In this document: piece by piece, positions 1-14,058 of the stretch
Position numbering within the stretch: position 1 is the stretch's first letter
Layout of the letters: the number at the start of each line of letters is the position of its first letter
DNA from: Phaeosaccion multiseriatum
Lineage: Eukaryota; Protista; Ochrophyta, other classes
Length of the DNA: 64,000 bases
Assembly: GCA_965112735.1 (NCBI GenBank)
Contig: OZ218955.1
Location: 3,844,001-3,908,000 of the forward strand
Reading direction: 5' to 3'
Position numbers and translations under genes: made by a program
The notes under the pieces: generated by a model
The model's database searches: none
What the model was told of the DNA's origin: nothing
The model's input: the letters and a program-made list of their open reading frames with translations, nothing else

Positions 1-3000
1 AAATTTTTGCTCCCCTCTTTCCTTCCTCCCCTTGTTCACCTCGTCCCCACCCTTTCCTCCCCTCCCTCCCTCCTCCCCTCCCCCCCCCCTCCCCTCCTCC
101 CCTCCTCACCTTCGTCGCAGCTCGAAGCCGCGTTGAAGTGTTCTCTCGCCGCTCCCAATACCGCCCTCTCCGCCCGCGCCCTCGCATTCGATCCTGTCCC
201 TCCACCTGCCCCGGCCTCGGGCCCTGCCTCTGGTCCTCCTACCCCATTGCCCACCCCTGTGACCCCATCTACCCCCCCCTCTCCCTCCCCCTGCCCCTCT
301 CCCTTCCCCACCCCCTCCCCCTCCGCCTCCCTTGCGCACAGCTCCTCCACCAGTCGGGCAGCAAGGCCGAAGCTGCCCTCCGTCAAGGCCACTTTTAACA
401 ACCGCTCCACCACCCACGCCTCCTCCACCCCGGGGAACACCTTCCTGCGCAGTTCCGCCATCTCCGAATACAGCGTCCACCCCCGGGCCTCCTCCCCCCC
501 CTCCTCCACCCCCTGCCGTACCACCAACTCGTGCGGCTGCCCGGAGCCTCTCAACACCGCCGCCATACCGCTAACACACATACGATCGATAAGCTCCCGG
601 CCAAACTCCGAGAAGCGTTCCACATCCCCTCCCCCTCCCCCTCCCTCTCCATTGGGCCCGCCTCCCCTCTCCAGGAAGGTGGCCAATGGCGGGGACAGTA
701 CGCCCCTCTTGGTGAGCATCTCTGCGGCAGTGAGGTGCCTCTCGAGTGCGTCCAATCGGCTCTGGAACTCCTCCGACGAGTCGCTCTCTGCCCTCCCACA
801 GCAGTTGGTGATACGGCAGCAGTTGCGGTCAGGTCAGGTTAAGGGGCAGGTTAGAAAGGTTCGGTCAGAAAGGTAGATGCAATGGGAGGTAGGAAGGCCG
901 AATGAGAGGTAGACAGACCCAATGAGAGGTAGATAGAACCAGTGAGAGGTAGATACACCAAATGAGAGGTAGACATACCAATGAGAGGAATGAGAGGTAG
1001 ATAGACCCAATGAAAGGTAGACAGATTCACCCAATGAGAGGTAGATAGATTCACCCAATGAGAGGTAGATCCACCCAATGAAAGGTAGACAGATTCACCC
1101 AATGAGAGGTAGATAGATTCACCCAAGGAGAGGTAGATACACCCAATGAGAGGTAGATAGACCCAATGAGAGGTAGATAGATTCACCCAATGAGAGGTAG
1201 ATACACCCAATGCGAGGTAGATAGACCCAATGAGAGGTAGATTCACCCAATGAGAGGTAGATTCACCCAATGAGAGGTAGATACACCCAATGAGAGGTAG
1301 ATAGACCCAATGCGAGGTAGATAGACAAAATGAGGCGCACCTGAGTGGGGGGCGTGCATGGCGGCCCAACTGTCGAGGCGCACAGGCATGCACTCAAGCA
1401 TCTGCCAGCAGCTCTCCAGAGCAAGGCCCGAGGGGGCAAGGGAATCGCGTTCGCCGAAGGAGTAGCAGGCGTCCAGGCAGAGGCCGACGAGGCGTCTTTG
1501 GCTGCAGATGAGGCGGTCTGCTGAGGGGAGGGTGGACTTGGAGGCATTGAGTACGGCGGCGCACAGCTCCAGAGAGAGCGCGCAGGGGTCGTTCTTCACC
1601 TAAGACCGGGGGTGGGGTTGGGTTCGTGTGAGGAGGAGGAGGGGGAGGAGGAGGAGGAGGGGCAGGAGGAGGAGGAGGAGGAGGAGCAGGAGCAGGAGGA
1701 GGAGGAGGAGGAGGAGGAGGGGCAGGAGAAGGGGCAGGAGAGGGAGGAGGAGGAGGAGGAGGAGATAGAGGAGATAGAGGATGGTGCGATGTGTGACTAT
1801 ATCGGTATCGATGTCATGGCACGCGCGCGGGTCTTCGACATGCCGACAACCTTCCCTCTCTCTCACACTCATGCACGCATCCACCCACACTTACGTCCGC
1901 ATGCACGCACGCACCCACGCATGCACGCACTCACTCACCGAGGCACTCCCTCCCTCCCTCTCTCCCCCCCCCCTCCTCCCTCCCGCCTCCCTCCCCCCTT
2001 TCCTCCCTCCCTCCCTCCTCTCTTACCCGCTGCCTTAGAAAGTCGCATAGAAGGTCCTCGAGCCAGTCGTCAGTAGTCTTGGGCTCTATGGCCCACTCCC
2101 CCTGCAGCATACCTCGCACGTGCAGGCGCACATTGGCGACGATCGTACTGGGGCTGCTCTGCTCCAGCACTGAGGAAGGAAGGGAGGAGGGAAGCACGGA
2201 AGCGCACAGGGCACAGAGAGAGAGAGAGAGGGGAGACAGATCGAGAGAGGGAGGGAGGGACGGGGAGAGAAAGTCGGATAGGTGAACGTGTGGGGCATGG
2301 AAAGGGATGCGCCACGTATGCACCACGTATGACCGAACCCATGTCTGTCTACCGGCCTCTCCTCTGGTACGTCACATAAACTGAAACTGAAACTCACCCG
2401 CCAGCACCCTGTCCCTTGAGTCCATCCCGTGCCAGTCCGCCAGGCTGGTGTGTGCAGGCAGCACCCCGGCGTAGACAAGCGAGGACAAGTGCCACAGCAG
2501 GCGGTGTAGCAGCACGAGGCCTTGCCGCATCTCCGTACACTCATCCACTGCCATCTCCCCTCCTCCTCCATCCACCGCCACTCCCCCTCCTCCGCCTCCG
2601 CCTCTCTCCCCTCCCTCCCCATCCACTGCCACCCTCCCACCCGTGCTGTCGTCATCGTCGTTGTCATTGTCCGAGTCCATCCCGTCAAGGTCGTCGTCGA
2701 AGCCCCAGCCTCCGTTCTCGTCCGCCTCCCCTTCACCCTCCCCGCCGCCCCCCTCACCCCCATGCTGCACAGAAGCCGCAGCAGTTGGTGATACAGTAGC
2801 AGCAGTCGTCTCCTCCTCTACCTGCCACACCCGCTCCATCCCGAGCGTGACGAGCTCTAATGCGTGCCTGAGCTGCGCCCCCCTGGAGTCCATCTGCCAG
2901 GCCCGCTCTAAGTACCACTGGGCAAGCGCCTCCCCCGCAGAGCCCTCGAAGCCTGTGGAGGAGGACCCATATGCCTGCGACTGCCCCTGCCCATATGCCT

Positions 3001-6000
3001 GTCCCTCACGTATCCAGCGTGTCTCGTCCATGTACTGTGGATGGATCGATCCCCGGGGGGGAGGGCGGGGAAGGGCGGGGGGTTACATAAGATAAGCCAA
3101 GTTGAGGGGGGGGAGGGGGAGAGGGCGAGGGTCCTGACACCTGACACCCGACACAGCCGACATCTGACACCTGACACGTGACGGCTCTCGTCCTGACACC
3201 TCACATCTGACATGGTCGACATCCTTCCCTTCTCTTACCTTGGCCTCGCCCTGCGCGAGTGAAGCGGTGCCGTCCCCGCCCCCCTGTGGCTCCAGCTGCA
3301 CCCTCCCAAGCTCTTTCCTCCTGCGGGAGCTCTCTTCCCTCACAAAGAACACCGCACAGTGCACGTCACGTCCTCCTCCTCCTCCTCCTCCTCCTGTATC
3401 ACCAACTGCTCCAGCTGCAGCAGGAGGGGGCGGTACACAGGGCAGGAGGTGCGAGTACAGCATGGGCGAGACCACCTCGGGCACGAGTCGCAACAGATGC
3501 AGTCGGGCCGGCAGCACCTCTTGGCCGTGGCGCGTGAGCAGCAGCGGTAGGTGGTGCCGCACGAGCCCCAGGGACGCGAAGGCCTCTGCCAACCGCACCA
3601 GCGACACTCCACCCACGTCCAGGAACGCTGCCTGCCACTCGTCTTCCACTCGGAAACCCTCCTCCTCGTCGTCGTCGTCTTGCCACGACTGCTGTACAAC
3701 CAATTGCTGTGGTTGACCCCCTGTAGCGCCACATTCCTCCCGCGCTTCTTCTCCCTCTCTCTCGACTGCCGCTAAAGAGCTGTAAGCACCCCCATCTTCA
3801 TCATCATCCTCATCATCCTCATCATCCTCATCATCCTCATACTCTCCCGTTCCTTCTCCCCACACACCACCACCACCACCACCTCCTCCTCCTCCTCCTC
3901 CTCCTCCTCGTCGTCGTCGTCCTCCTACACCGCCCCACAGGCCCTTCGACGCCTCCTGTACCACCAACAGCTGCCCCAGCGTCTCCACCCTGTCGGCCGT
4001 CTGGCGCATCACCTTTGCCCGCTCGCTGTACGCCTCCTCCTCCAGGAAGTCCTCGCACCCCTCCTCGAGCTTCTTGGCGCGGCGATACCCTTCCTCCAAA
4101 GCCGCCTGAATACCATCCACATCTTCTCCGCTCCACCCCGCCCGACTCCGCCTCCTCTTCCTCCTCTTCCTCCCCCCGCTAGTAGTGCTGCTATAGTTAC
4201 TGCTGCTGCTCCTCCTCCTCCGGGTGGTCAGTATGGCCTCAGCCTGCCGCAGGACCCACTCGTCATCCCCCACCACGCACAGATGGTCCTTCACGGCCTG
4301 GACAAGGGAAACCCTCAGCGCCCCTCCTGCCCCTCCTTCTCCTACACGCTCCTCATACCCGTAACCGCAATCCCCATATGCCTCCATCACCCTGGACTCC
4401 CAAAGTGTCTTGTGCACCGGCCCCTGGTCGAGTCCGTACCTCTCTGCCAGCCTGAGTGCCTTGTCTGGCCTTCCCTGCCTTAGCCGACGCCGCATGGCCG
4501 CCTCAGCCGTCACCAGCCGCGCCTCTACCAAGCTCACGTCATACGCACTCCCCCCTCCCCCTCCCCCTCCTCCTCCTCCTCCTCCTCCTCCTCGACTCGG
4601 TACCCGACCCCCCTGTAGCTGGAGGGATTCTGTAACGGCGGGCTCTGGCGTCATGATAACCGCTTGCTGCCCGTCGCCCCGACACCACACGGCGCTGTTG
4701 GGTCCGAACACAAGACCCCCAACCCCGAGCAGTGGGTGGCGGGGGGTGGCAGCCATACCTCCTCCTCCTCCTCCTCCTCCTCCTGCTCCTCCGTATCTCG
4801 AAGGCGGGGTGGGAAGTGCATGGAGAAAGGACAGGTACCCCTGCGAGGTCATGACCGCGATGGCGTCGTCGCTCCACCAGCTGAAGGACACAACCTTTTC
4901 ACCACCGCCCCCCCCGTCTGAGCCCACCGTGTTGGTCTCTTGCTCTTGCTCTTCCGCTGTCTGCTGTTCCCCTCGCGTCCTCCTTCGCCGCCGAACCTCC
5001 AGCCACCCCCCTGTCTGCGCTTGCGATGATTGGGAGGATTGGGCCTCCAGACACCCCCCAAGCACGGTAAGCCCGCCGCTCGTGTCCAGCACTGCGAGCA
5101 GGCCGGAGGAGGGTGAGAAGTGCATCTGCACAGGCGCGGAGGCTATAAGCAGACCCGCGTACAGAGCGGCGAGCAGAGGCGGAAGGAGCCCCCCTGGGAC
5201 CTGAAGGAGGGCGGCCATGCGTTACGAGGTAGAGAGATTGCGTGAGTCAATGAGTGAGCGTGAGTGATTGAGTGAGCGTGAGTGAGTGAATGAATGAAGG
5301 AATGAGCGAGTTAATGCGACAGCAAGTCTCTGCCTCGGAATGGTGAAGAGAGTGAGTGAGAGGGAGATAGAGAGAAAGAAAGAGTAGGCGATCCGCAGGC
5401 ATTGTGGAGACCGGTGGGCCGCACTTCCCTTCCCTAACACGTCTGGGGGCCTCCGTCCGTAAGAGTACGTACCTGCTGTGTCTGGTGCGGAGGAGCCGTG
5501 ACGCGCACAGGCGGCCCCCCGGGGAAGTTCCTTCTGTCCAGCTTCTCTAGCCAGGGGCTCCGCGGCAGCATGCGATACAAAGTCACCACATACGACGACT
5601 CGGAGTCCGGCCTCGCCCCCACACTGCCCCCCATGCCCCCTCCCACCGCCAGCAGGCCGCGTCTGTCGTCCACTGCCATCGCGCTCGCACTGTGGTGGGG
5701 CGAAGGGAGAGGGAGGGCACACAGCCGCACGACAGACACAGCAGAAGACCCCGGCGGCGGCAGGGGCTGCTGCTCTCTCTGCTGTTGTACCACCAACTGC
5801 TGAGGGGCCGCTGCCTGCTCCCCCTGTGAGAGGCGGTACCTCTCGAGCTGTCCGCTGAACCTCAGCACCACTACTTCGGTAGCGCCCCCCCACTGGGGAA
5901 GGGTCGCCACCGCCAGATCTGCCACGCCGCCCCCCCTGGAGCGCAGTCGGTCCCCGGGGGCCTCGATTTGGAGCGTCTGCAGATGGGGGCCTGGGCCTTG

Positions 6001-7038
6001 ACCCTGACACCAGGTACAGGAAATGGTCACACCCCCGTCCGCGGAGGAGGCCGCCACCACTCGCCCGTCGCTCGAGCTCGCCACCACACAGTGGTTGTGC
6101 GAGGAGGTCACGCCCGCACCCACACCTGCTGCCCCCTTTGCAGACACGGCCTGCGGCAAGGTGATGGGTCCTCTGGTGCTAATGTGCCGCTGCTGATTGC
6201 CGGGCGGTGGGAGCAGCAGCCGCACACGCGGGCCCTGCGTCCATGCCAAGGAGAGCGAGTCTGAGTCCGATTCCGAGGCCGAGTCAGGAGGTGGTGGTGG
6301 TGATGATGGTGCGTTTCTACCACCACTTCCTCCTTCTCCTCCTCCTCCGCTGAAGGACCAGCGAGGCCGGAACCAGGCCCTGTGGAAGTGCTCCGCTAAG
6401 TGCGGAGGGAGGGCACCGACCCGGCACCACCGCCTTCGCTCGCCGACCGGACCCGGGAGGAGGGAGAGGAGGAAGGAGAAGATGATGGATATGAAGACAG
6501 ACAGCGCATTGCAGTCCACGTAGAGGTACTGCAAGAGGAAGAAGGAGGAAGGGAGCGAAAGAATGGGTGTGGGTGTGTTTGGATTTGAGAGGCGCGAGCG
6601 AAGACCCAGAGAGCTGAGCAACAGGGCTACGAATACGCGCTCCTCTCCTTCGATTATGGCGAAAAAGTGGGAGGCACGTGGGAGCCTTGGATACAGAGGG
6701 CACGGCGGGGTGGCAGACGCCGTACCCTTGCCGTCAGCTCAGCAACGTCCTACCTGGAAGAACAGGGCCGCGTCTTGAACCACCTCTCCTCCTGGCTTCT
6801 CCGTCGCACTACGGCTTGCAGGCTCGGTAGCCTCTCGCCTCAGCGCTAGTGCGTCGTACCAGCCTGCTGCCTGTCGCTGCTCCTCCTCCAGAGCATGGTC
6901 GTACTCCTCAAGGCTCTCTTCCTTCCCTTGTGGGCCCTCTCGACTGGAATCTTCGGTGTCTTCTGCGTGGCTCACAGGCTGCACATCGAACAGATATTGG
7001 ACAGGCTGCTGCTGCAGCAGCAGCTCGTCCTCGTCCAT
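1..7038 (-). CDS. NBAS: NBAS/Sec39/MIP2-like protein (NRZ/Dsl1 tethering complex), multi-exon, 3' end beyond the window start
   Basis: Frame-consistent GT-AG exons 7038-6754, 6528-5473, 5200-3239, 3034-2398, 2169-2027, 1599-1341, 787-110. Motifs resemble NBAS/MIP2: ALRLAERYGLD..VHKTLW, LLTRHGQEVLPARLHLLRLVPEVVSPMLYSHLLP, WYLERAWQMDSRGAQLRHALELVTLG, AAREHFNAASS. Confidence 0.8.
871..1330. repeat. Intronic minisatellite, 20-24 bp unit (CCCAATGAGAGGTAGATAGATTCA and variants)
   Basis: Directly visible tandem array of about 20 units inside an NBAS intron. Confidence 0.95.
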
Positions 7039-7392
7039 CGCCTAAGAGGGCCTTCTTACCAACGCCCCCCCAACTGGAGGAAGATCAATTGATATGTATG
7101 TCAGTGAAAAAAAGTCGAGATGATCGATTTTTCGAGGCAGGCAGAGGATGTTTTCAATTTTCAAATCTCTCTTTAGCAAAGCCTTTTAAGACGAGCTTAG
7201 GGCTAAGAGACAACCTCTTTCAGACAGCCGGCAGTGAGGGAAGAGGAGGTACGATTTACACAGGAAGACGCAGGTCCGGAACACGTAGCAACAGGCAGGA
7301 TTGAACCTTAGTAGGGCGAGCACTGAAAGAGCGGAAAGGGAGACCAAGAGAGAGGGAGGGAGAGAGAACACAGCAGGGAGGACAGAGCAAGG
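7039..7392. promoter_or_regulatory. Probable bidirectional promoter between the NBAS-like gene and RPA2
   Basis: Head-to-head ATGs about 355 bp apart; the interval is locally more AT-rich. Confidence 0.5.
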
Positions 7393-10248
7393 ATGGATGG
7401 ATACGGGGGAGGGGGGGGCTTCTTTGGCGGCGACAATGCTATGGGCGGCGGTAACTTCGGTGGGAGCCAAGGTAAGGTAGTGAAGGTGTCAAGCAGAAGA
7501 GGAGGTGAAGAGGAGGGGAGAGCAACAGGCGCGGCCCGGGGTACTCACCAGGGTGTAGTAGAGGGCCCATTATTCGCCACTATACATGACTTGGATGTCA
7601 ATGGTGGGGCGGGAATCGCTCCTAGCGGCAGCGGGGCAAAATCTCCAGCCCCCAATCGATGGCCCGACCAGGAACGTGCAGAGTGTAGCAATGAGGGATG
7701 AGCATGAACCGCCTGGACATTCACTTCGCCGCTCAAACCGCTTCCACCCTCGCTCCTCTCTGCTCCTGGATCCCCTCCTGCTTCTGCTCTCTCGCCTCCC
7801 TCCACTCCACCATACCCCATATACTCCGGCACACACACCCGCAGGAGGAGGGGGAGGAGGCTTCAACAACTCTCAGGGAGGAGGCGGCAGCGGCCCCGTG
7901 GACAGAGGTAATGACCGCCCGAACAGGGAGGCCCAGAGCGTCATTCCGCTCACGGTGCGCATGACTCGAGCCGCCAAGCCGCAGCAGTCCGACGGAAAGT
8001 TCATGGTAGACGGCGTGGAGATCTATCAGGTGTGTGTGTGTGCATGTATGTGTGTGTGTGTGCGTGTGTGCATGCGTGTGCGTTTTGGGGGGGGTCCGTG
8101 GGTGGGAGGGAGCGGAACGCATGGGATCGATCTGCCTGGCACCGGTGCGGAAGAGACAGATGTTCGCCTTGGCGGTCTGGCGGCGGTAGGAAGGAGCGCG
8201 TCTTCATGCAGAGGAGAGCATTACCTTCTGTTTCGAGCACGAATCTGTTTCGTAGTGCAGATCTTCACCCCCCCTTGGCACGGAGGGCAGCTTCCTTCTG
8301 AATGGAAGGCCTTCCCTTGGTCTTCCTGTCTCGCTTGCTTCTTGTCCCTATATGCCTCTACTGTGCCCCCTTCCATACGCCTCTAACCCCAGATTGTCAC
8401 TCCCTCCTCATATGCCTCTATCCAACACCCCCGGGGGCTCAGGTGCGCATCATGGGCTTCATCCGTGACCTTGAGGAGAAGTCGACGCGTGCGCAGTACA
8501 CCATCGAGGACAGCACAGGCATCATCGATGCAACCAACTTCATTGATGACTCCTCAGAGTCCGACGCTGACCAAGAGAAGAGGTCAGAGAGAGGGGAGGG
8601 AGGGAAGGAGGGAGGGACGAACAAGAGAGGGAAGAGAAAGAGAGAGAGGGGAGGGAGGGAGGGGAGGGAGGGAGGGAGGGAAGAGCAAGACAGAGGTATG
8701 AACTCTTACTTTTGCTGCGGAAGAATTTGTCCACGTAGGATCGTATGGGTTGGAAGGGGACGGAAGGGAAGGGAAGGGAAGCCTTGGAACGGCGAGTCAA
8801 GGCAATGCAGCAGAGAGCTTGCAGCCACTGTGTCATGAAGTACTTACAGTGACTAACCCCTCCCCCCCCTCCTCCCCCTCCTCCCCCTGCTCCTCGTCGC
8901 TTCGACAACTCTCCCACCGCCCTGCCTCGTAACACCGCCTCGGAATCACCGTGAACGAACGAACGTTCTCACCTTCCCTCCCCCGCCCTTGGGACGACGG
9001 GCCGTTCTCGGAACTTTCTCGGACCGTTCCCTCCGTCCCCAGAGCCCGGCTGACGCAGTTCACTTACGTGCGTATCATCGGCACGCTCCGCTCATACCAA
9101 GACACCACCTCTGTGATGATCCTCAGCATCCAGCCCGTTCAGGACTTCAACGCCCTCACGCACCACTTCCTCGAGTGCATCTACGTGCACCTCGTCAACA
9201 CAAAGGTACGTACGTACGCTTACGTACTGCATGCGGGGAGCTGGGCTGCACAGAGGGCTCCACGCCGCAGTGCTTTACTTGAGTAGGGCCTTGTGTGCTT
9301 TACTTTACTGGTCTGAGTCTCAGTTGGCGACGGACAGTCGTGCCTTTTGTGCCCTTGCTGGCAGTGGATTGGGGCTGGGGTTCGCGGTTTGTAGCAGCAG
9401 CGGTGTGAGGCCCTGAGGCGGAGATGAAGATGGTGTGCTTGAGGACTCTTGGTAGGCCTTGTTGGGAGGGGGGCTGTCTGGGGGCGTCCCAACACTACAA
9501 GGGAGTCCGAGCCTTGGTCGTACCCACGTAGTCCTCTTCTGGCGAAAGCGGAGTACCTGTTCCCAAGTGTGTGGAGCTGCATGTTTATGAACGACTCCCT
9601 CTCTCCTTTTCCTCCCCATCTCTCTCTCCTTCTCTTTTCTCCCGCTCTACCTCCCTCTCTTTCTCCCGCACTCTCTCCTCTCCCTCTCTCTCTTCTCCTG
9701 CACTCTCTGTCTCTCTCTTCTCCCGCACTCTCTCTCTCCTTCTCCCTCTTCCTCTCTGTCTATCTCATGTGTCTCTACCCCTCTGTCTGTCTCGTCAGGG
9801 CCCCCGGAACACCGGCGGAGCTTTCACTGGTGGCGCCAACAACATGGGTGGTGGTATCATTGGTGGCGGCGGGGGAATGGGAGGCGGGATGGGAGGAGGA
9901 AGCTCCGCTGGGATGATGAACGGAGGCAATGGAGGGAGTGAACTGGACCCCAGGCATCAGGTTCGTCAGCTTGCGGATGTTTGGGGGGGGGGCGGGCGGG
10001 AGGGGAAGGTCACCCGGCCCTGGTGCCGCAGCATTCCGCCGCGCCTACGCCCCCCACTCCCACGCTTACCCCTGCTCTTGGGCCCCACTCCCACCGTTGT
10101 CCTCACCCTTACCCCGGCTCTTCGGCCTTGCCAACCCCTCACAACGCTCTCCTCTCCCCTTCTATGCCCTCTGCGGTGTTGTGCGATACTGACGCCTATG
10201 GCCATGTGCCTGTCCATGTCCCCCCCCCCCTTCTCTCTCTCTCTCTCT

Positions 10249-10279
<31 letters not shown>

Positions 10280-10808
10280 CCTCCCTCTCTCTCTGTCTCT
10301 CTTCCTCTCCCTCCCTCTCTCTCTCTCCTTTCCCTCTTCCTCTCCCGCTCTCTCTCTCCCTCTCTCTCTGTGTGTGTGTCTCTCTCTGCCGTTCTCCCTC
10401 CGCAGCAAGTACTGGACGTGTTCTCCCGCCACCAGTCCGACGAGAACGGTGTGCACGTGCAGAGCGTGGCAGCGGAGCTCAAGGGCGACGGTTTCACCTT
10501 TCAGCAAGTGCAGGAGATTGTGCAGGCCCTGTCGTCGGAGGTGAGTGGGCGTTACAGAGGAATAGACACGGGGTAGGCCGACGCTCAGCCGCCTCTTGTC
10601 CCTATCGACTCTATCGAGTGTCTTGGCTGTTTGCTGTTTGAGACGTCTCTCCTTGTTCACCTGGGCCGTGGAGGGTACTTCCCATCCTGCTGCTATGTAC
10701 TACATGGAAACAAACTCGCTCCACTCCTTCCCCTCCCGTCCACACGCGTCACAGGGCCAACTCTACTCCACCATCGACGACAATCACTTCATGACGACGG
10801 GCGGTTAA
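7393..10808 (+). CDS. RPA2: Replication protein A 32 kDa subunit
   Basis: Exons 7393-7471, 7845-8029, 8443-8582, 9043-9205, 9799-9960, 10406-10540, 10755-10808. Gly-rich N-terminus, OB-fold (SVIPLTVR, YTIEDSTGII, YVRIIGTLRSYQ, DFNALTHHFLECIYVHL) and winged-helix C-terminus (EGQLYSTIDDNHF). Confidence 0.95.
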
Positions 10809-11272
10809 GCACAAGAGAGGGCCATGCCATTGCTGCTTTGAGCGTTGCAGGCCTTCTCTCGGCGCGACGGTATCATGGGGTGTCTTCCAGTCCAGTGGGT
10901 GCTTCGGAGAAACGGGGCCACAGGGGTCACAGAGACACGCACACACGCACCCACACAATCGAGAGAGAGGGGGGGGGACAAATTGAAGGAGGCAAGAAGG
11001 GAGGAAGGCGCGCGGGGGGGGGGGAGGGGGGGGGCTGACTCCTTAGCGCTGTTCAAACTCGAATGAAGCGATTGTTCATGAAGACTAAATAATTTTTACG
11101 ATTCGTTGGCCCTGTGCGCGGACGATCATTTTCTATGGCTCTCCATCAAGATCAGATATCCGCGTAGGGGCGGGAGGGTGTTCAAGCTCAATCGAGAAGG
11201 GCACATCCATTTGTGAATATTATGGATTCAAAGCTCGCTCACTTTTTTTCGTTCTCTTCTCTTCTCTTCTTC

Positions 11273-11641
11273 TCCTCCTCCTCCTCCTCCTCCTCCTCCT
11301 CCTCCTCCTCCTCCTCCTCCTCCTCCTCCTCCTCCTCCTCCTCCTCCTCCTCCTCCTCCTCCTCCTCCTCCTCCTCCTCCTCCTCCTCCTCCTCCTCCTC
11401 CTCCTCCTCCTCCTCCTCCTCCTCCTCCTCCTCCTCCTCCTCCTCCTCCTCCTCCTCCTCCTCCTCCTCCTCCTCCTCCTCCTCCTCCTCCTCCTCCTCC
11501 TCCTCCTCCTCCTCCTCCTCCTCCTCCTCCTCCTCCTCCTCCTCCTCCTCCTCCTCCTCCTCCTCCTCCTCCTCCTCCTCCTCCTCCTCCTCCTCCTCCT
11601 CCTCCTCCTCCTCCTCCTCCTCCTCCTCCTCCTCCTCCTCC
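11273..11641. repeat. Pure (TCC)n microsatellite, about 123 units, at the outer end of the left duplication arm
   Basis: Direct reading; the matching position in the right arm (about 55790-55805) has only about 5 units. Confidence 0.97.
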
Positions 11642-11822
11642 TTTTCTGTGCATGAGCGCGCGCGTGAGTGTCTCGTGTCTTCGTTTTCGCAGCGCCCCCC
11701 TCCCCTCACCCCTCCCCTCACCCCTCCCCTCACGCGCTGGCCCAACGTAACGTAGTGTATATATAACCCCCCCGCCCTCCTCTCACCCCCCCACCCACGC
11801 CCCACCCCCCCGCCGCCGTCAG

Positions 11823-14058
<2,236 letters not shown>

